Shown here one piece after another: positions 37,887 to 48,982 of a stretch of 64,000 nt of DNA. A program made the translations under genes and the position numbers. Positions within the stretch are counted from its first letter, which is position 1. Each line of letters starts with the position of its first letter. The stretch is from the NCBI GenBank assembly GCA_965220365.1, contig OZ244823.1, forward strand, positions 2,236,413 to 2,300,412, read 5' to 3'. This stretch comes from Rhodothermales bacterium. Lineage in GTDB: Bacteria; Bacteroidota; Rhodothermia; Rhodothermales; Bin80. The notes under the pieces are model-generated. The model saw nothing but the letters and a program-made list of their open reading frames with translations, was not told where the DNA came from and ran no database searches.

Positions 37887-40367
37887 ATGGGCAGATCTAA
37901 ATCGGCGCAATCCCCCCAATTGCAGAAGTCATGGTGGGCAGTTCAATCTCCTGTTCTACAGCATACAGTCTGTATTCTTGGGCTCATCGTCGTAGCCGTC
38001 TATTTTTCCTGGGCAACCCTTTTCAGTGGAAGAAGTCTCGTTGGTGGTGATACCGTAGAGTGGAAGGCAGCAGCTCAGAGTATGCTGGAATACCGTGAAG
38101 AAACCGGTGAAGAGCCGCTCTGGGCAACGAATGTGTTTGCAGGTATGCCAGGGTATATCATCTCCAATCCTGCTCTGGTACCTCAAATTGATGAATTACC
38201 CCGCGCCTTACGTAGGATTTCTTGGCCTTTTTCACATGTAATTTTTATGCTTCTTGGGGGGTACTGGCTTATCTGGTACCTAACACGCGATACCCTGAAT
38301 TCGCTGTTAGCTGCATGTGCATATGCCATGACCACCTACTTGCCTGTCATTCTGATCGCGGGTCATAATACTAAGTTTGTCGCGTTGGCCTTTGCTCCCT
38401 GGCTACTTCTGACCTTCGTGCATGGAATGCGCAATCCAAGTATTGTCGCAAGTCTTCTTTTCACAATTGCTTTAGCAGTAAACCTCCGGGCAGGACATGT
38501 GCAGATTACCTACTACGTGACATTCCTGACACTTGTATGGTGGGTGGTACTGTTTTTTGAGGCACGGCGGCGTAAGAAGCTATCCCAGTTTTTTAAAGCA
38601 ACTGGGCTCCTTGCCGTGGGGTGTATACTGGCATTACTTATGGTTGCTGAGTATTACTGGCCCACGCTTGAGTACAAGGAATACAGTATCCGAGGGGCAT
38701 CAACTGGTGGTGGTGAGGGTGGGCTGAGTTGGGAGTATGCAATGCGTTGGAGTCAAAGTCCTGGGGAACTGTTGACCTTGCTTGTCGCAGATGCCTATGG
38801 TGGAGCCATGTATTATTGGGGGCCCAAGCCGTTCACCGGTGGCCCCCACTACACAGGCAGTATCGTACTGGCGCTCGCAGTCATTGCATTATGGCGAATT
38901 CGATCTCGACTCGTGGCAGTGCTGGGGATCGCTGGCGGCTTGATGGTACTGTTTTCTTTCGGGCGGCATTTTGGAGTGTTGAACCGTCCCATGTTCGACT
39001 ACTTCCCGCTATTCGATGCCTTTAGAGCTCCAGAAACCTGGCTAATTACAGTTGCTCTTATCCTGGCGATTCTTGCAGCACTAGGACTTGCCTACATTGT
39101 GCGTTTGGAGCCTTCTGCCGCGGCACAGCACACAAAATGGCGCTCGGTGTTCATTGTTTTTGGGGCAACCGGCGGTTTGCTGTTACTCTTAATGACAGCC
39201 GGAAACTCCTTACTTGACTTTCAGCGGGAGGGCGAGCTTCAACAGGTCATTGCTTATGTAGCCCAATCCGCAGATCGAAATCCATCCGATCCTCAAGTCA
39301 TTGCTGCTGCCGAACGGCTCCTCTCCGAACAAGTGATCCCCCCACGCGAAGATGCTTTTACGGGAGATGCGAGGCGCTCTTTTCTCTTTATCCTGTTGGC
39401 ATCTCTCACATTAATTTCGTTTCAACGCCGAATATTACCGGCCTGGATCTTGCAAATATTTTTGGTGCTTCTGGTTGTTTTGGATTTGGGAGGTGTAGCA
39501 AAGAGATACTTGAATATGGATAACCTCAGTATATCGCAGGATCCCTCACGCCGCATCGAAACCTTAGATGTTGATGAGTATGTGCTTGAGCAGGAAGGAC
39601 AATTCCGTGTTCTCTCACTCGAACGTATAGATCAGACAGGACTCGCTCGTCCATCGTTCCACCATGAATCATTAGGGGGCTATAGCGGTGCAAAATTGCG
39701 CCTGTATCAAGATTTCCTGGATAATCTTCTCTTTGATCCGAATACCGGAATGCCAAACGAGAATGTGCTCGATATGATGAATGTTCGGTACATATTCTCC
39801 CCGGCTCCCATTACGGGTGCACTCAACGTAGAGTATGGCGCAGAATCCGGTTTAAGTGTATATGAAAATCTTGATGTCCTTCCACGGGCATACTTTGTGG
39901 GAGAGACTGAAGTGATTGAAAGCCCGGATGAAGCGATGCGTCGTCTCCTGGAGTCCAACTTTGATCCTTCCATCCAGGCATTACTCTCTGCATCCACTGA
40001 AGCAGAAGCGATCCCGATTGATTCATCCAGTATAGTTTTGGTAGATCCAATTGAGTATGGGCCGAGGCGAATTGTCTACGAAGTGAAAACAGATGCACCA
40101 CGGCTTCTGGTAATCAGCGAGATGTATTATCCCGCTGGCTGGACGGCCAGCCTCAATGGGGATCATGTACCGATTCATCAAGCGAATTATTTGCTACGCG
40201 CTGTTGCTGTACCGGCCGGGGAACATACACTTCAGATGACCTTCAACCCTGCCAGCTACGTTTGGGGTAAGAGAATCAGTCTGATCTCTACGATGATCGT
40301 ATATGGCCTCACACTCATCCTGCTTGGCTTGAGTGGTTACAGCTACTTTAGAAGGACTCGGGGGTAG
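37887..40367 (+). CDS. YfhO-family polytopic membrane protein (GT-C-like)
   Basis: 826 aa, many TM helices; WATNVFAGMP, HVQITYY, YWGPKPFTGGP.Y.G, GGYSGAKL, SEMYYPAGW, ANYLLRAV.VPAGEH. Confidence 0.88.
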   Translation: MGRSKSAQSPQLQKSWWAVQSPVLQHTVCILGLIVVAVYFSWATLFSGRSLVGGDTVEWKAAAQSMLEYREETGEEPLWATNVFAGMPGYIISNPALVPQIDELPRALRRISWPFSHVIFMLLGGYWLIWYLTRDTLNSLLAACAYAMTTYLPVILIAGHNTKFVALAFAPWLLLTFVHGMRNPSIVASLLFTIALAVNLRAGHVQITYYVTFLTLVWWVVLFFEARRRKKLSQFFKATGLLAVGCILALLMVAEYYWPTLEYKEYSIRGASTGGGEGGLSWEYAMRWSQSPGELLTLLVADAYGGAMYYWGPKPFTGGPHYTGSIVLALAVIALWRIRSRLVAVLGIAGGLMVLFSFGRHFGVLNRPMFDYFPLFDAFRAPETWLITVALILAILAALGLAYIVRLEPSAAAQHTKWRSVFIVFGATGGLLLLLMTAGNSLLDFQREGELQQVIAYVAQSADRNPSDPQVIAAAERLLSEQVIPPREDAFTGDARRSFLFILLASLTLISFQRRILPAWILQIFLVLLVVLDLGGVAKRYLNMDNLSISQDPSRRIETLDVDEYVLEQEGQFRVLSLERIDQTGLARPSFHHESLGGYSGAKLRLYQDFLDNLLFDPNTGMPNENVLDMMNVRYIFSPAPITGALNVEYGAESGLSVYENLDVLPRAYFVGETEVIESPDEAMRRLLESNFDPSIQALLSASTEAEAIPIDSSSIVLVDPIEYGPRRIVYEVKTDAPRLLVISEMYYPAGWTASLNGDHVPIHQANYLLRAVAVPAGEHTLQMTFNPASYVWGKRISLISTMIVYGLTLILLGLSGYSYFRRTRG

Positions 40368-40409
40368 GCCAGTCGTGATCAATTTTGTCGCTGTTACTTC
40401 GAAGAAACA

Positions 40410-41708
40410 GTGAAACGGATTCTTTTGATTAGCTACTATTTTCCTCCATCTGGAGGGTCAGGTGTGCAGCGAATGCTCAAGTTTGCACGCTATCTCCCTA
40501 GTTACGGGTGGTCGCCCACGGTTTTGACGGTCGATCCGAAGTCTGCAGCATTCCCGTCAATTGATGAGTCCCTTCTCCGGGAGATCCCTTCTGAGGTCAA
40601 GGTGATCCGTACACGGGCCTGGGATCCTTTCAGCTTATATGGTCGCTTCCAGGGTAAAAAGAAAGCAGATGTGGTCGAGGTTGGGCATGTTGGTGGTAAA
40701 CTGGGATTCAAACGGGTTGCCCGCTGGCTCAGAGGGAATGTTTTTCTGCCGGATGCCAGAATCGGGTGGGTCCCTTTTGCATCTCGGGTTGTTCGAAAGC
40801 TAGTACAGGAACAGGAATTCGATGCAATTATGAGTACGGGTCCACCGCACTCAAGCCACCTCGTTGGTATGGCGGCGCATAAAGCATCAAAGCTTCCCTG
40901 GGTGGTGGATATGCGGGATCCCTGGGTTGAGATTTACTATAGCGATCAGATGTACGAGGGCAGAACCGCAAGGAAAATTCAGTCCCTACTGGAGCGTAGG
41001 GTTCTCAGCACGGCCAGTGCTGTAGTTTCCGTAAGCAGACATGTAGGAATCGGACTCAAGCGTCGGGTCAAGATGCAGCACTACGAGACGATCTCCAATG
41101 GATTTGATCCCACTGATATTTTGCGGAATCAGGCCACACGAACCAGGAAAGAGGATGTATTCACACTTGCATATGTTGGAACGTACACCCTACGTAGACA
41201 CTCGAATGCCCTAGTCGCTGCGCTACAACAATTGCAGGCTACCATGCCGGTTGAGGTCCATCTTGTAGGTAAAGTGGACTCAGAGGCTTTGGAGAGATAT
41301 CGCGTGAACGGGGTCCCAGTTAAGGGGCTTGGTTATCTTCCTCACAATGAAGCAGTAGCTTACATGCAGGAAGTAGATGTTCTTCTGTTGCCACTGCCTC
41401 GTGTGCAAGGCCACAACGGTGCAGGAGATGTTTCGGGGAAGGTTTTTGAATATATGTCGGCTCGCAGGCCAATTCTGGCTTTGGGACCCACAAAGGGAGA
41501 CCTAGCCGATATTCTGAATCAGGTTCGTGCTGGACATATCTTTGACTATGAAGACCAAGAAGGTATGTTTGACTTTTTGAAGAACTGTCTGGAATCCCGG
41601 GAGGATGCCTGGCCAATCAATGATGAAGCTTTGGCTGAATATGAACGTCCCCGCCTGACAGGCCGACTTGCTCATCTGCTTGATCAACTCTCCAAACCAG
41701 ATTCATGA
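40410..41708 (+). CDS. Glycosyltransferase family 4
   Basis: YYFPPSGGSGVQR, PDARIGW, STGPPHS, DMRDPW, KVFEYM. Confidence 0.9.
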   Translation: MKRILLISYYFPPSGGSGVQRMLKFARYLPSYGWSPTVLTVDPKSAAFPSIDESLLREIPSEVKVIRTRAWDPFSLYGRFQGKKKADVVEVGHVGGKLGFKRVARWLRGNVFLPDARIGWVPFASRVVRKLVQEQEFDAIMSTGPPHSSHLVGMAAHKASKLPWVVDMRDPWVEIYYSDQMYEGRTARKIQSLLERRVLSTASAVVSVSRHVGIGLKRRVKMQHYETISNGFDPTDILRNQATRTRKEDVFTLAYVGTYTLRRHSNALVAALQQLQATMPVEVHLVGKVDSEALERYRVNGVPVKGLGYLPHNEAVAYMQEVDVLLLPLPRVQGHNGAGDVSGKVFEYMSARRPILALGPTKGDLADILNQVRAGHIFDYEDQEGMFDFLKNCLESREDAWPINDEALAEYERPRLTGRLAHLLDQLSKPDS

Positions 41709-41717
41709 AGTAGACAG

Positions 41718-42779
41718 ATGCATGTATGTACACTGGTCGGAGCTCGACCGCAATTCGTAAAGGCGGCAGCCGTAAGTCCGGCGCTCCAGAAAGCCGGAAT
41801 CAGAGAAACTCTGATTCATTCCGGGCAGCATTACGATAAGCTGCTGAGTCAAGTCTTTTTTGATGAGCTTGGGGTTCCTCCACCGGTCTCAAACCTTGAG
41901 GTCGGATCCGGTTCTCATGCAACGCAGACGGGAGAGATCATGGTACGGTTGGAGCGGTTTATCAAAGAAACGGGGCCATATGATGCGGTCATTGTTTACG
42001 GGGATACAAATACAACCCTTGCCGGAGCTCTGGTTGCAGCGAAAGGGAATATCCCCCTCGCGCATGTGGAAGCAGGTGTTCGAAGTTTCAATTGGGTGAT
42101 GCCAGAAGAGATCAACCGGATTCTCACTGACCGCGTGTCTAAGTGGCTGTTTGCACCGACTGAAACAGCCGTAGGGAACTTAAAACGGGAAGGGCTCGAA
42201 GAGAATACTATGCTCGTCGGCGATGTTATGCTGGATGCCACGCACATGTTTGCTGATCGTGCAAAAGAGAAATGTCCTCTTGAGTCAATTACCCATCACG
42301 ATCCCGGAGGTTATTATCTGGCAACCATACACCGCCCATCCAATACAGATATTAGAGAAAATCTTCAAAGCATTCTCTCAGCTTTCGGGCAATTATCGTT
42401 ACCTGTTATTCTACCACTTCATCCTCGAACCAAGGCGGCACTGCATCACATTACTGTTCCAGATAACGTAGAGATCAGCCCGCCGGTCAGCTATCTAACG
42501 ATGCTGACCCTTACATCTAATGCTCACCGCGTACTAACTGATAGTGGTGGACTCCAGAAAGAGGCCTATTGGCTCGGTGTACCTTGTGTAACCCTGCGTG
42601 AGGAGACTGAGTACCCTGAAACCCTCAAAAACAATTGGAATGTATGTGTTGGGGCAAACTGGGAGTTTATCATCAATGCTGCAACGGGAAAGCCAACTGG
42701 TCCGCAATGTCGCTTGGGCGAGGGCCCTGAAGGAAGAGCTGCCGCAATGATTGCTCGTTCTCTTCTAAAAAAAGCATAA
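41718..42779 (+). CDS. wecB: UDP-N-acetylglucosamine 2-epimerase (non-hydrolysing)
   Basis: GARPQFVK, HSGQHYD, GDTNTT, HVEAG.RS, MPEEINR, TDSGGLQKEA. Confidence 0.95.
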   Translation: MHVCTLVGARPQFVKAAAVSPALQKAGIRETLIHSGQHYDKLLSQVFFDELGVPPPVSNLEVGSGSHATQTGEIMVRLERFIKETGPYDAVIVYGDTNTTLAGALVAAKGNIPLAHVEAGVRSFNWVMPEEINRILTDRVSKWLFAPTETAVGNLKREGLEENTMLVGDVMLDATHMFADRAKEKCPLESITHHDPGGYYLATIHRPSNTDIRENLQSILSAFGQLSLPVILPLHPRTKAALHHITVPDNVEISPPVSYLTMLTLTSNAHRVLTDSGGLQKEAYWLGVPCVTLREETEYPETLKNNWNVCVGANWEFIINAATGKPTGPQCRLGEGPEGRAAAMIARSLLKKA

Positions 42780-42783
42780 TCTG

Positions 42784-44040
42784 GTGTACATGACAGCAGC
42801 ACTTGAACACCGTAAGGCTAAATCAAGAAAGCCGTATCGGATCCTGATGATTCTGGATCAACCGTTTCCACCAGATATACGTGTTGAGAATGAAGCAAGT
42901 GTCTTGGCGGAGGCGGGATTTGAAGTCATACTGCTGATTCTTGCTCCTGATACCAGAGAGTCAGTAGAAGAATATCAGGGATTTACAATTGTACGCCGAT
43001 ATGTACCTCAAAAATTTCGCAACTGGATGCGAGGACTTGCGGGCACGATTCCGATTTTGTCTTGGCACATTGCACGGGAAGTTCGTAGGCTCCAGAAGCA
43101 ATACAGTTTTGATGTTATCCATGCACACGATCTGTATATGTGCGGGGGAGCATTGAAGGCGGGTAGGCGCGCGGGAGTGCCGGTGGTAGCAGACCTGCAT
43201 GAGGTATGGGTTTCCGTCTTGGGACAATATGCGTGGAGTACCCGGTTTCCAGGGAAACTGTTCATCAGCATTCGGAGATGGAAGACCTTAGAAAAGAAAT
43301 GGGCAAGTCAAGCCGAAAAGGTGATTGTGATAACTGAGGAGATGCGAGACCGATATACTTCACTCGGATGTCCCGAAAGCAAAGTAGTTGCTTTACCAAA
43401 TACGATCAACACGGAAACATTTGATAGCTATACTGTCAGCGAGACAATTATTAAGACATATGCATCTGAGTTTACCTTGGTCTATACCGGTACAATCAAT
43501 TTGCATAGAGGATTGGGTTTCCTCCTTGATTCTATGCCACTTGTATTACGGCAGTGTAATGCACGCTTGGTCCTTGTTGGTGATGGTCGAATTCGACCCG
43601 AGCTGGAGGCACAGGTAGAATCATTAGGAATCGCGGATCACGTATTCTTTGAAGGCTGGCGACCTCAGGCTGAAATCAAAAGTTATATTCTGAGCAGTGA
43701 CGTATGTGTAATCCCTCTGGTTAAATGCGAACAGGGAGATATGTCGCTTCCTCACAAGTTATTCCATTATATGTACTTTGGGCGTCCCCTGATTACTACA
43801 AACTGTACGCATATGCAACGTGTTGTAGAAGAGACTGATTGCGGAATTGTCGTACCCTACGGAGATCATGAAGCCCTTGCCTCAAGCATTATTGAGTTAC
43901 ACAGGAATCCCTTGCGCCGCAAACAAATGGGGATTAATGGACACCGGGCTGTTAAAGAACACTATAACTGGGAACGCTCGGTGCGTTCATTAATTGAGAT
44001 GTATCATGACATGGAAAGGAAATCTGAATCTGGAAAGTAA
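42784..44040 (+). CDS. Glycosyltransferase family 4
   Basis: FPPDIRVENEA, HAHDL, DLHE, PHKLFHYM. Confidence 0.88.
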   Translation: MYMTAALEHRKAKSRKPYRILMILDQPFPPDIRVENEASVLAEAGFEVILLILAPDTRESVEEYQGFTIVRRYVPQKFRNWMRGLAGTIPILSWHIAREVRRLQKQYSFDVIHAHDLYMCGGALKAGRRAGVPVVADLHEVWVSVLGQYAWSTRFPGKLFISIRRWKTLEKKWASQAEKVIVITEEMRDRYTSLGCPESKVVALPNTINTETFDSYTVSETIIKTYASEFTLVYTGTINLHRGLGFLLDSMPLVLRQCNARLVLVGDGRIRPELEAQVESLGIADHVFFEGWRPQAEIKSYILSSDVCVIPLVKCEQGDMSLPHKLFHYMYFGRPLITTNCTHMQRVVEETDCGIVVPYGDHEALASSIIELHRNPLRRKQMGINGHRAVKEHYNWERSVRSLIEMYHDMERKSESGK

Positions 44041-44100
44041 ATTATTAAAAATTCCTTCCGTAGATTTCTTCATGCCCAATGATTGAGGTTTGATGATCCT

Positions 44101-45141
44101 ATGCTCAGCAAGTTAGAACAATTGTGGCGCGGTATCAGATGGACGATTCTTGGTGATCAATCAACATTAGGTGAGCAGGAAAAGTCTTCAGGAGCTCGGC
44201 GGCGAGCGATGATTTTCAGTTTAGTGGCATCGCTCATGATCTGGCTGATGCTCAGCCTTTCGGAGAATTATTATCTATCGGTGGAGTACACGACCTGTGC
44301 ATCGCAGGAAGAGGAAATTTCTTCTTCCTGCGTTTCCGGGATGGATGAGGATTCCGCGTTAGTGCAACCATTACCAGAGGCAATTCGCGCCACCTTGTAT
44401 GGTCCAGGGATCAACCTGCTTGTACAGCGTTTTCGGGCGCGTTTCTGGAATAGTCCGATCACGTTTGATTCGGATCAGGGAGTAGTTGATACACAGTTAT
44501 TGCTTCGAATCCCTGAAGAAGTAAGTATTGAAAGTATTACCCCGGAAAGGATCGATTTTCAGAAAGAGGCAAGAAGCGAACTTCTGGTTCCAATCGAATC
44601 ACGTGTCAGGTTTGTATCTCAGCCACCACATTTTTTCGTGGGTGAACCACAACTTGATCCTGATAGTGTGTGGGTTTCGGGGCCGGTATCAGTGATGAAT
44701 CAACTGCGGTCATGGCCGACAAAATCGGACACCCTTGTGGCGATCGGCGACAGTGTACATTACCAGATTGACTTGGCGGATTCCCTCGCAGGCCTGGTAA
44801 ACTTAAGGACGAAAAATACGATCATTATTCGATCCTCTCCACAATTCACAGAGGGGCAAAGAGAGCAGATACGAGTGGAGATTGAAGGAATCCCGAATGC
44901 AAACAGCGTAGTTCAGCTTGATCCAGAGTCCGTGGCGATCACCTACCAAATACCCTTATCTAGATTCCTCGAGGCTCAGCAATCACAACTGATTCGAGCC
45001 GTTATCTCCTACTCCGAGATCTATGACGATACGACAGGGCGTGTGGAGCCTACCGTAGAATATCCAGAAGAGTTTATGCTGCGCCAAGTCACAGTTTCCC
45101 CAGAGCGGCTTCGATATTTTATTAATATCGGGTCCCAATAA
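44101..45141 (+). CDS. YbbR/CdaR-like membrane-anchored protein
   Basis: Single TM (IWLMLSLSENY) followed by YbbR-like repeats (LDPDSVWVSGP, FTEG, LDPESVAITY). Confidence 0.7.
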   Translation: MLSKLEQLWRGIRWTILGDQSTLGEQEKSSGARRRAMIFSLVASLMIWLMLSLSENYYLSVEYTTCASQEEEISSSCVSGMDEDSALVQPLPEAIRATLYGPGINLLVQRFRARFWNSPITFDSDQGVVDTQLLLRIPEEVSIESITPERIDFQKEARSELLVPIESRVRFVSQPPHFFVGEPQLDPDSVWVSGPVSVMNQLRSWPTKSDTLVAIGDSVHYQIDLADSLAGLVNLRTKNTIIIRSSPQFTEGQREQIRVEIEGIPNANSVVQLDPESVAITYQIPLSRFLEAQQSQLIRAVISYSEIYDDTTGRVEPTVEYPEEFMLRQVTVSPERLRYFINIGSQ

Positions 45142-45204
45142 CACGAAAATGGGGCAACAATAAAGTGGGGGCACGGTTTAAGCTTTAGTCCTAACGACTG
45201 CGAC

Positions 45205-45858
45205 ATGGCCTGGCCACTGTGGCCCAAAAGTAGAGTCGAGTACTACAGCACTCCGCAGGGGATTCTAACTGAGTCGGGTATCTGGTACAGAACGACCGTT
45301 GACCTTCTGAATGAATATGCGGGTGAGCTTTTTGAGTGCGAGCCCCTTGAGTTGCATTTAGCGCGTTCAGACACCTGGATCCGTTCTCCCCATACACTGT
45401 CTCTCTGGCTGCTTGCTTTAGGCATCCTGTATTATCATCCCTGGCAGCTGGTGGTAACCATACCACTTTTTTTTCTCGTGTGGCAAATCGTGGCTCCAGC
45501 TCTGGTGAGCCGCACCGCGATCTCTTTATTAAGGGTACTGGATGCCGTAATCCTACAAGCTGTTCTCTACGCTGGGGTGATGTCAATACTGGCTTTGTCC
45601 GGTCAGTACGAATCTGTAGCTGTAGGACTGATAGGATTTATTTGCCTTCGCTGGGGTATTCTGACTTATTTGACGCGTCCAATAGTCGTCCGCTGCTGGA
45701 AAATAATATATAAACTTCCCGTACCTGATCATATATTGCGGGCCTTTATGATTCGAAGTGCACTAAGGCATGGGATCAACCTTGCTGGCTTTGAGGAGAT
45801 CGAGCAAAATGTCATCGAAAATATGTTTAAGAAGAGGCCTCAAAGGCGAGAATCGTAG
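45205..45858 (+). CDS. Hypothetical membrane protein
   Basis: 217 aa with several hydrophobic segments; co-oriented with and abutting menF. Confidence 0.7.
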   Translation: MAWPLWPKSRVEYYSTPQGILTESGIWYRTTVDLLNEYAGELFECEPLELHLARSDTWIRSPHTLSLWLLALGILYYHPWQLVVTIPLFFLVWQIVAPALVSRTAISLLRVLDAVILQAVLYAGVMSILALSGQYESVAVGLIGFICLRWGILTYLTRPIVVRCWKIIYKLPVPDHILRAFMIRSALRHGINLAGFEEIEQNVIENMFKKRPQRRES

Positions 45859-47256
45859 ATGCTAAATCACGTGTATGCCAATTCAGTTGACGAATTGCGG
45901 GCAGGAGTAAGGCGTTTGCTCGAAAAATCAGACCACTCATCGCAAACGAGGATTGCCCGGGTTTCTGTAATACTGGATGGCATAAACCCGCTGGATTGGT
46001 TAATCCATCGTCCAGAAGGAGGGCGTATCTATTGGTCGGGTAGGGATTATGGAATTGAAGTAGCGGCTTTTGGCGAGGCAGATTGCCACTACTCATCCGG
46101 TGCGACAGATCTACAGGAGCTGCGCGGTGGGCTTGGAACAATGCTTTCAGAGTGTGAACAAGGGGTACGTTATTACGGGGGCATTCGCTTCGATCTGCAT
46201 CACCCAGGTGACGAGCAGTGGTCTTCCTTTGGTTCCTGGCGGTTTGTACTGCCAAGGTTTGAGGTTCGCAAGAACTCAAAGGGTACGATGCTCATGTGTA
46301 ATCTTGTGATCCCAAATGATCAGCCACAGATAGAGTTGATTCTTGATCAAGTGGATAGCCTGCATGGCTCGATCCAAGGAACAGAAACTAATCCTCAACC
46401 TACTGAGCATCGTTTCCGACCGGATTTTGAAGATTGGGGTTTGATGGTTAACAGCGCACTCCATGCGTTCAACCATACTTCTTTGGATAAAGTAGTGCTT
46501 GCACGAGAGGCTTCGGTGGGTTTTTCAGGACCACTGGCACCGGTATCCATTATTCAAGCCTTGAAAAAAGTCTCCCCCAACTGTTTTCATTTTCTTTTTG
46601 AACCCGCTCTTGGGGAAGCATTTTTGGGTGCCTCACCCGAACGATTATTCAGACGGGAAGGGCGATCTGTTGAAAGTGAAGCAGTCGCTGGAACTCGTCC
46701 GCGAGGAGCATCTGATGTTGACGATGCAAAAATGATTGATGAGTTGTACAGAAGTGCAAAAGAGCAACGGGAGCATGAATTTGTTCGAATCAGTCTGCAG
46801 GAAGAGATTACATCATTAGCGGCATATGTAACGATGGACACCTTACCTTCGATTATGCGTCTGACCTCGGAGATACACCTAGTTTCCCGGTTGCGTGCGA
46901 TTATGCAGCAGGAGTACACTAGCTTAGATGTATTGGAAGCGTTACATCCGTCGCCTGCAGTGGGAGGATATCCATCAGAGCAGGCTTTAGATCTAATTCG
47001 GCGGAAGGAGCCCTTTGATCGGGGATGGTATGCAGGGCCAGTGGGCTGGTTAGGGGTTAATGAAGCGGAGTTCGCCGTAGCAATACGCTCAGGGCTCGTA
47101 TCTAGATCAATGATTCGGCTTTATTCAGGAGCGGGCATTGTTCGTGGATCTACCCCCTTGGATGAATGGCACGAAATTAGACACAAGATTGGCGATTTGG
47201 CACAGGTATTGGGGGTACATGATTCTGCCGTTCAACCAGAACTCCAACACGCATGA
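45859..47256 (+). CDS. menF: Isochorismate synthase
   Basis: KVVLAR, FLGASPERL, EAVAGT, KEQREH, LHPSPAVGG, RGWYAGPVGW, SGAGIV; heads the men cluster. Confidence 0.93.
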   Translation: MLNHVYANSVDELRAGVRRLLEKSDHSSQTRIARVSVILDGINPLDWLIHRPEGGRIYWSGRDYGIEVAAFGEADCHYSSGATDLQELRGGLGTMLSECEQGVRYYGGIRFDLHHPGDEQWSSFGSWRFVLPRFEVRKNSKGTMLMCNLVIPNDQPQIELILDQVDSLHGSIQGTETNPQPTEHRFRPDFEDWGLMVNSALHAFNHTSLDKVVLAREASVGFSGPLAPVSIIQALKKVSPNCFHFLFEPALGEAFLGASPERLFRREGRSVESEAVAGTRPRGASDVDDAKMIDELYRSAKEQREHEFVRISLQEEITSLAAYVTMDTLPSIMRLTSEIHLVSRLRAIMQQEYTSLDVLEALHPSPAVGGYPSEQALDLIRRKEPFDRGWYAGPVGWLGVNEAEFAVAIRSGLVSRSMIRLYSGAGIVRGSTPLDEWHEIRHKIGDLAQVLGVHDSAVQPELQHA

Positions 47257-48965
47257 GTCAGAGCAATGCCGAACGAGCACGCCTGATCATCGGGGAATTG
47301 GTGCGTTGTGGGATTGACCAATTTGTCATTGCTTCGGGGTTTCGAAGTGCTCCTCTTGCCTTGGCTGCGGCCAGTCATCCGTCTGCTCAAGTGACCGTAC
47401 ATTTTGACGAACGGGGCAGTGCATTTTTTGCATTGGGATACGGCCGGGCAACCCGTAAACCGTGCGCCTGGATCACGACCTCAGGGACTGCTGTGGCGAA
47501 CGGCCTTCCTGCCGTAATCGAATCTGCTACGGATGAGGTTCCATTGATTTGCCTCACGGCAGATCGTCCTCCAGAACTTCGCGACACCGGTGCAAATCAA
47601 ACGATTGACCAGGTTCACATTTTTGGCCGTTATCCCAAGTGGTTTGCAGATTTACCTGCTCCCGCTGCGGAACAAGATGCGCCATTTATCCGCACCACAA
47701 TTGATTATGCAGTGCATCGGGCGCTCAGCGGTCCGGTGCATCTGAATTGTATGTTTCGGGAGCCGTTATTGGAAAATAATGACAAAGACCATTCGATCCC
47801 GGCAATTCCGTGGAACACGGAAGGCCCTCCCAGGACACTCTATCAAACCAAAACCAAATCGACAGTTACCCTGGATGACAGGTTGCTGCAGAAAATCTCC
47901 GGTGCTCAGCGCGGCCTGATAGTGTCAGGAAGACTACAAACCCTTGAGGAAGCAGAAGCCATCAGTGTGTTGGCGAATCATCTGGGATGGCCTCTAATGG
48001 CAGATATTTGTGCTCCAGTCTCTGCCACAGAAAACTCGGCGAATTTTTTTGACCTGATTGTGCGCAGTAAACCATTTATACAGAGGCATCAACCCGATCT
48101 AGTCCTGCACTTTGGAGGCCCATTGGTATCCAAAGAGCTACAGAATTTTTTGGCCAACTCTTCCTCTAAAACGTATGTGGCAATCTCGCCATCGGATAAT
48201 AGGATTGATCCGTGTCACACAGTAACAGATCGTGTCCAATCAACGATCCCTGATTTTTGCGATAGCCTGTTAAACATTCCACCTGGAAATTCATCTGACA
48301 TGGCATGGCTAGACGTTTGGATGTGTGCAGATGCAATGGCTCGGGATACACTTTCGGACATGCTGCAGAAGCATCTCTCTGAGCCATCTCTGGCATGGAT
48401 GCTCTCCGATCTACTGGACAGTACGAACTGGGTATTCGGTGCCAGCAGCATGCCAATTAGAGACTTGCAGGCGTTTTTCCGGCGAGATAAAAATGCTCCA
48501 CGAGTTTTTGCGAATCGTGGTGCCAGTGGCATTGATGGTACTCTCGCCACGGTTGCAGGAATTGCAAAAGCTCAGCCTGGTTATGGGACTGTCCTGTTAG
48601 GAGATTTAGCCATGTTGCACGACATGAACTCACTGAATCTCCTGAGAGAGCGTGACGTAATTATCGTAGTGGTTAACAATGATGGGGGCGGTATCTTTCA
48701 CATGCTTCCGATTGCTCTGGGTCATGAAGAGTTTGAAAAAGTTTTGGGAACTCCCCATGGCATGGATTTTCGATGGGTTGCTGCGCAGTTTCAGATTCCA
48801 TATTCCTCGGTGGATTCCTGCGAGAAGTTTCGAGAGATTTGGCAATCTGCAGCATCTTCGTCAGGTCCATATCTGATTGAAGTGCAAACGGATCGGACAC
48901 AAAATGCAGAATTGCATAATACCCTCTACCGTCTTGTTAGCGAAGCAGTTCAGAGTACGATTTAG
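47253..48965 (+). CDS. menD: SEPHCHC synthase
   Basis: [60 protein letters not shown]. Confidence 0.97.
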   Translation: MSQSNAERARLIIGELVRCGIDQFVIASGFRSAPLALAAASHPSAQVTVHFDERGSAFFALGYGRATRKPCAWITTSGTAVANGLPAVIESATDEVPLICLTADRPPELRDTGANQTIDQVHIFGRYPKWFADLPAPAAEQDAPFIRTTIDYAVHRALSGPVHLNCMFREPLLENNDKDHSIPAIPWNTEGPPRTLYQTKTKSTVTLDDRLLQKISGAQRGLIVSGRLQTLEEAEAISVLANHLGWPLMADICAPVSATENSANFFDLIVRSKPFIQRHQPDLVLHFGGPLVSKELQNFLANSSSKTYVAISPSDNRIDPCHTVTDRVQSTIPDFCDSLLNIPPGNSSDMAWLDVWMCADAMARDTLSDMLQKHLSEPSLAWMLSDLLDSTNWVFGASSMPIRDLQAFFRRDKNAPRVFANRGASGIDGTLATVAGIAKAQPGYGTVLLGDLAMLHDMNSLNLLRERDVIIVVVNNDGGGIFHMLPIALGHEEFEKVLGTPHGMDFRWVAAQFQIPYSSVDSCEKFREIWQSAASSSGPYLIEVQTDRTQNAELHNTLYRLVSEAVQSTI

Positions 48966-48982
48966 AATCATTGATTACGATT

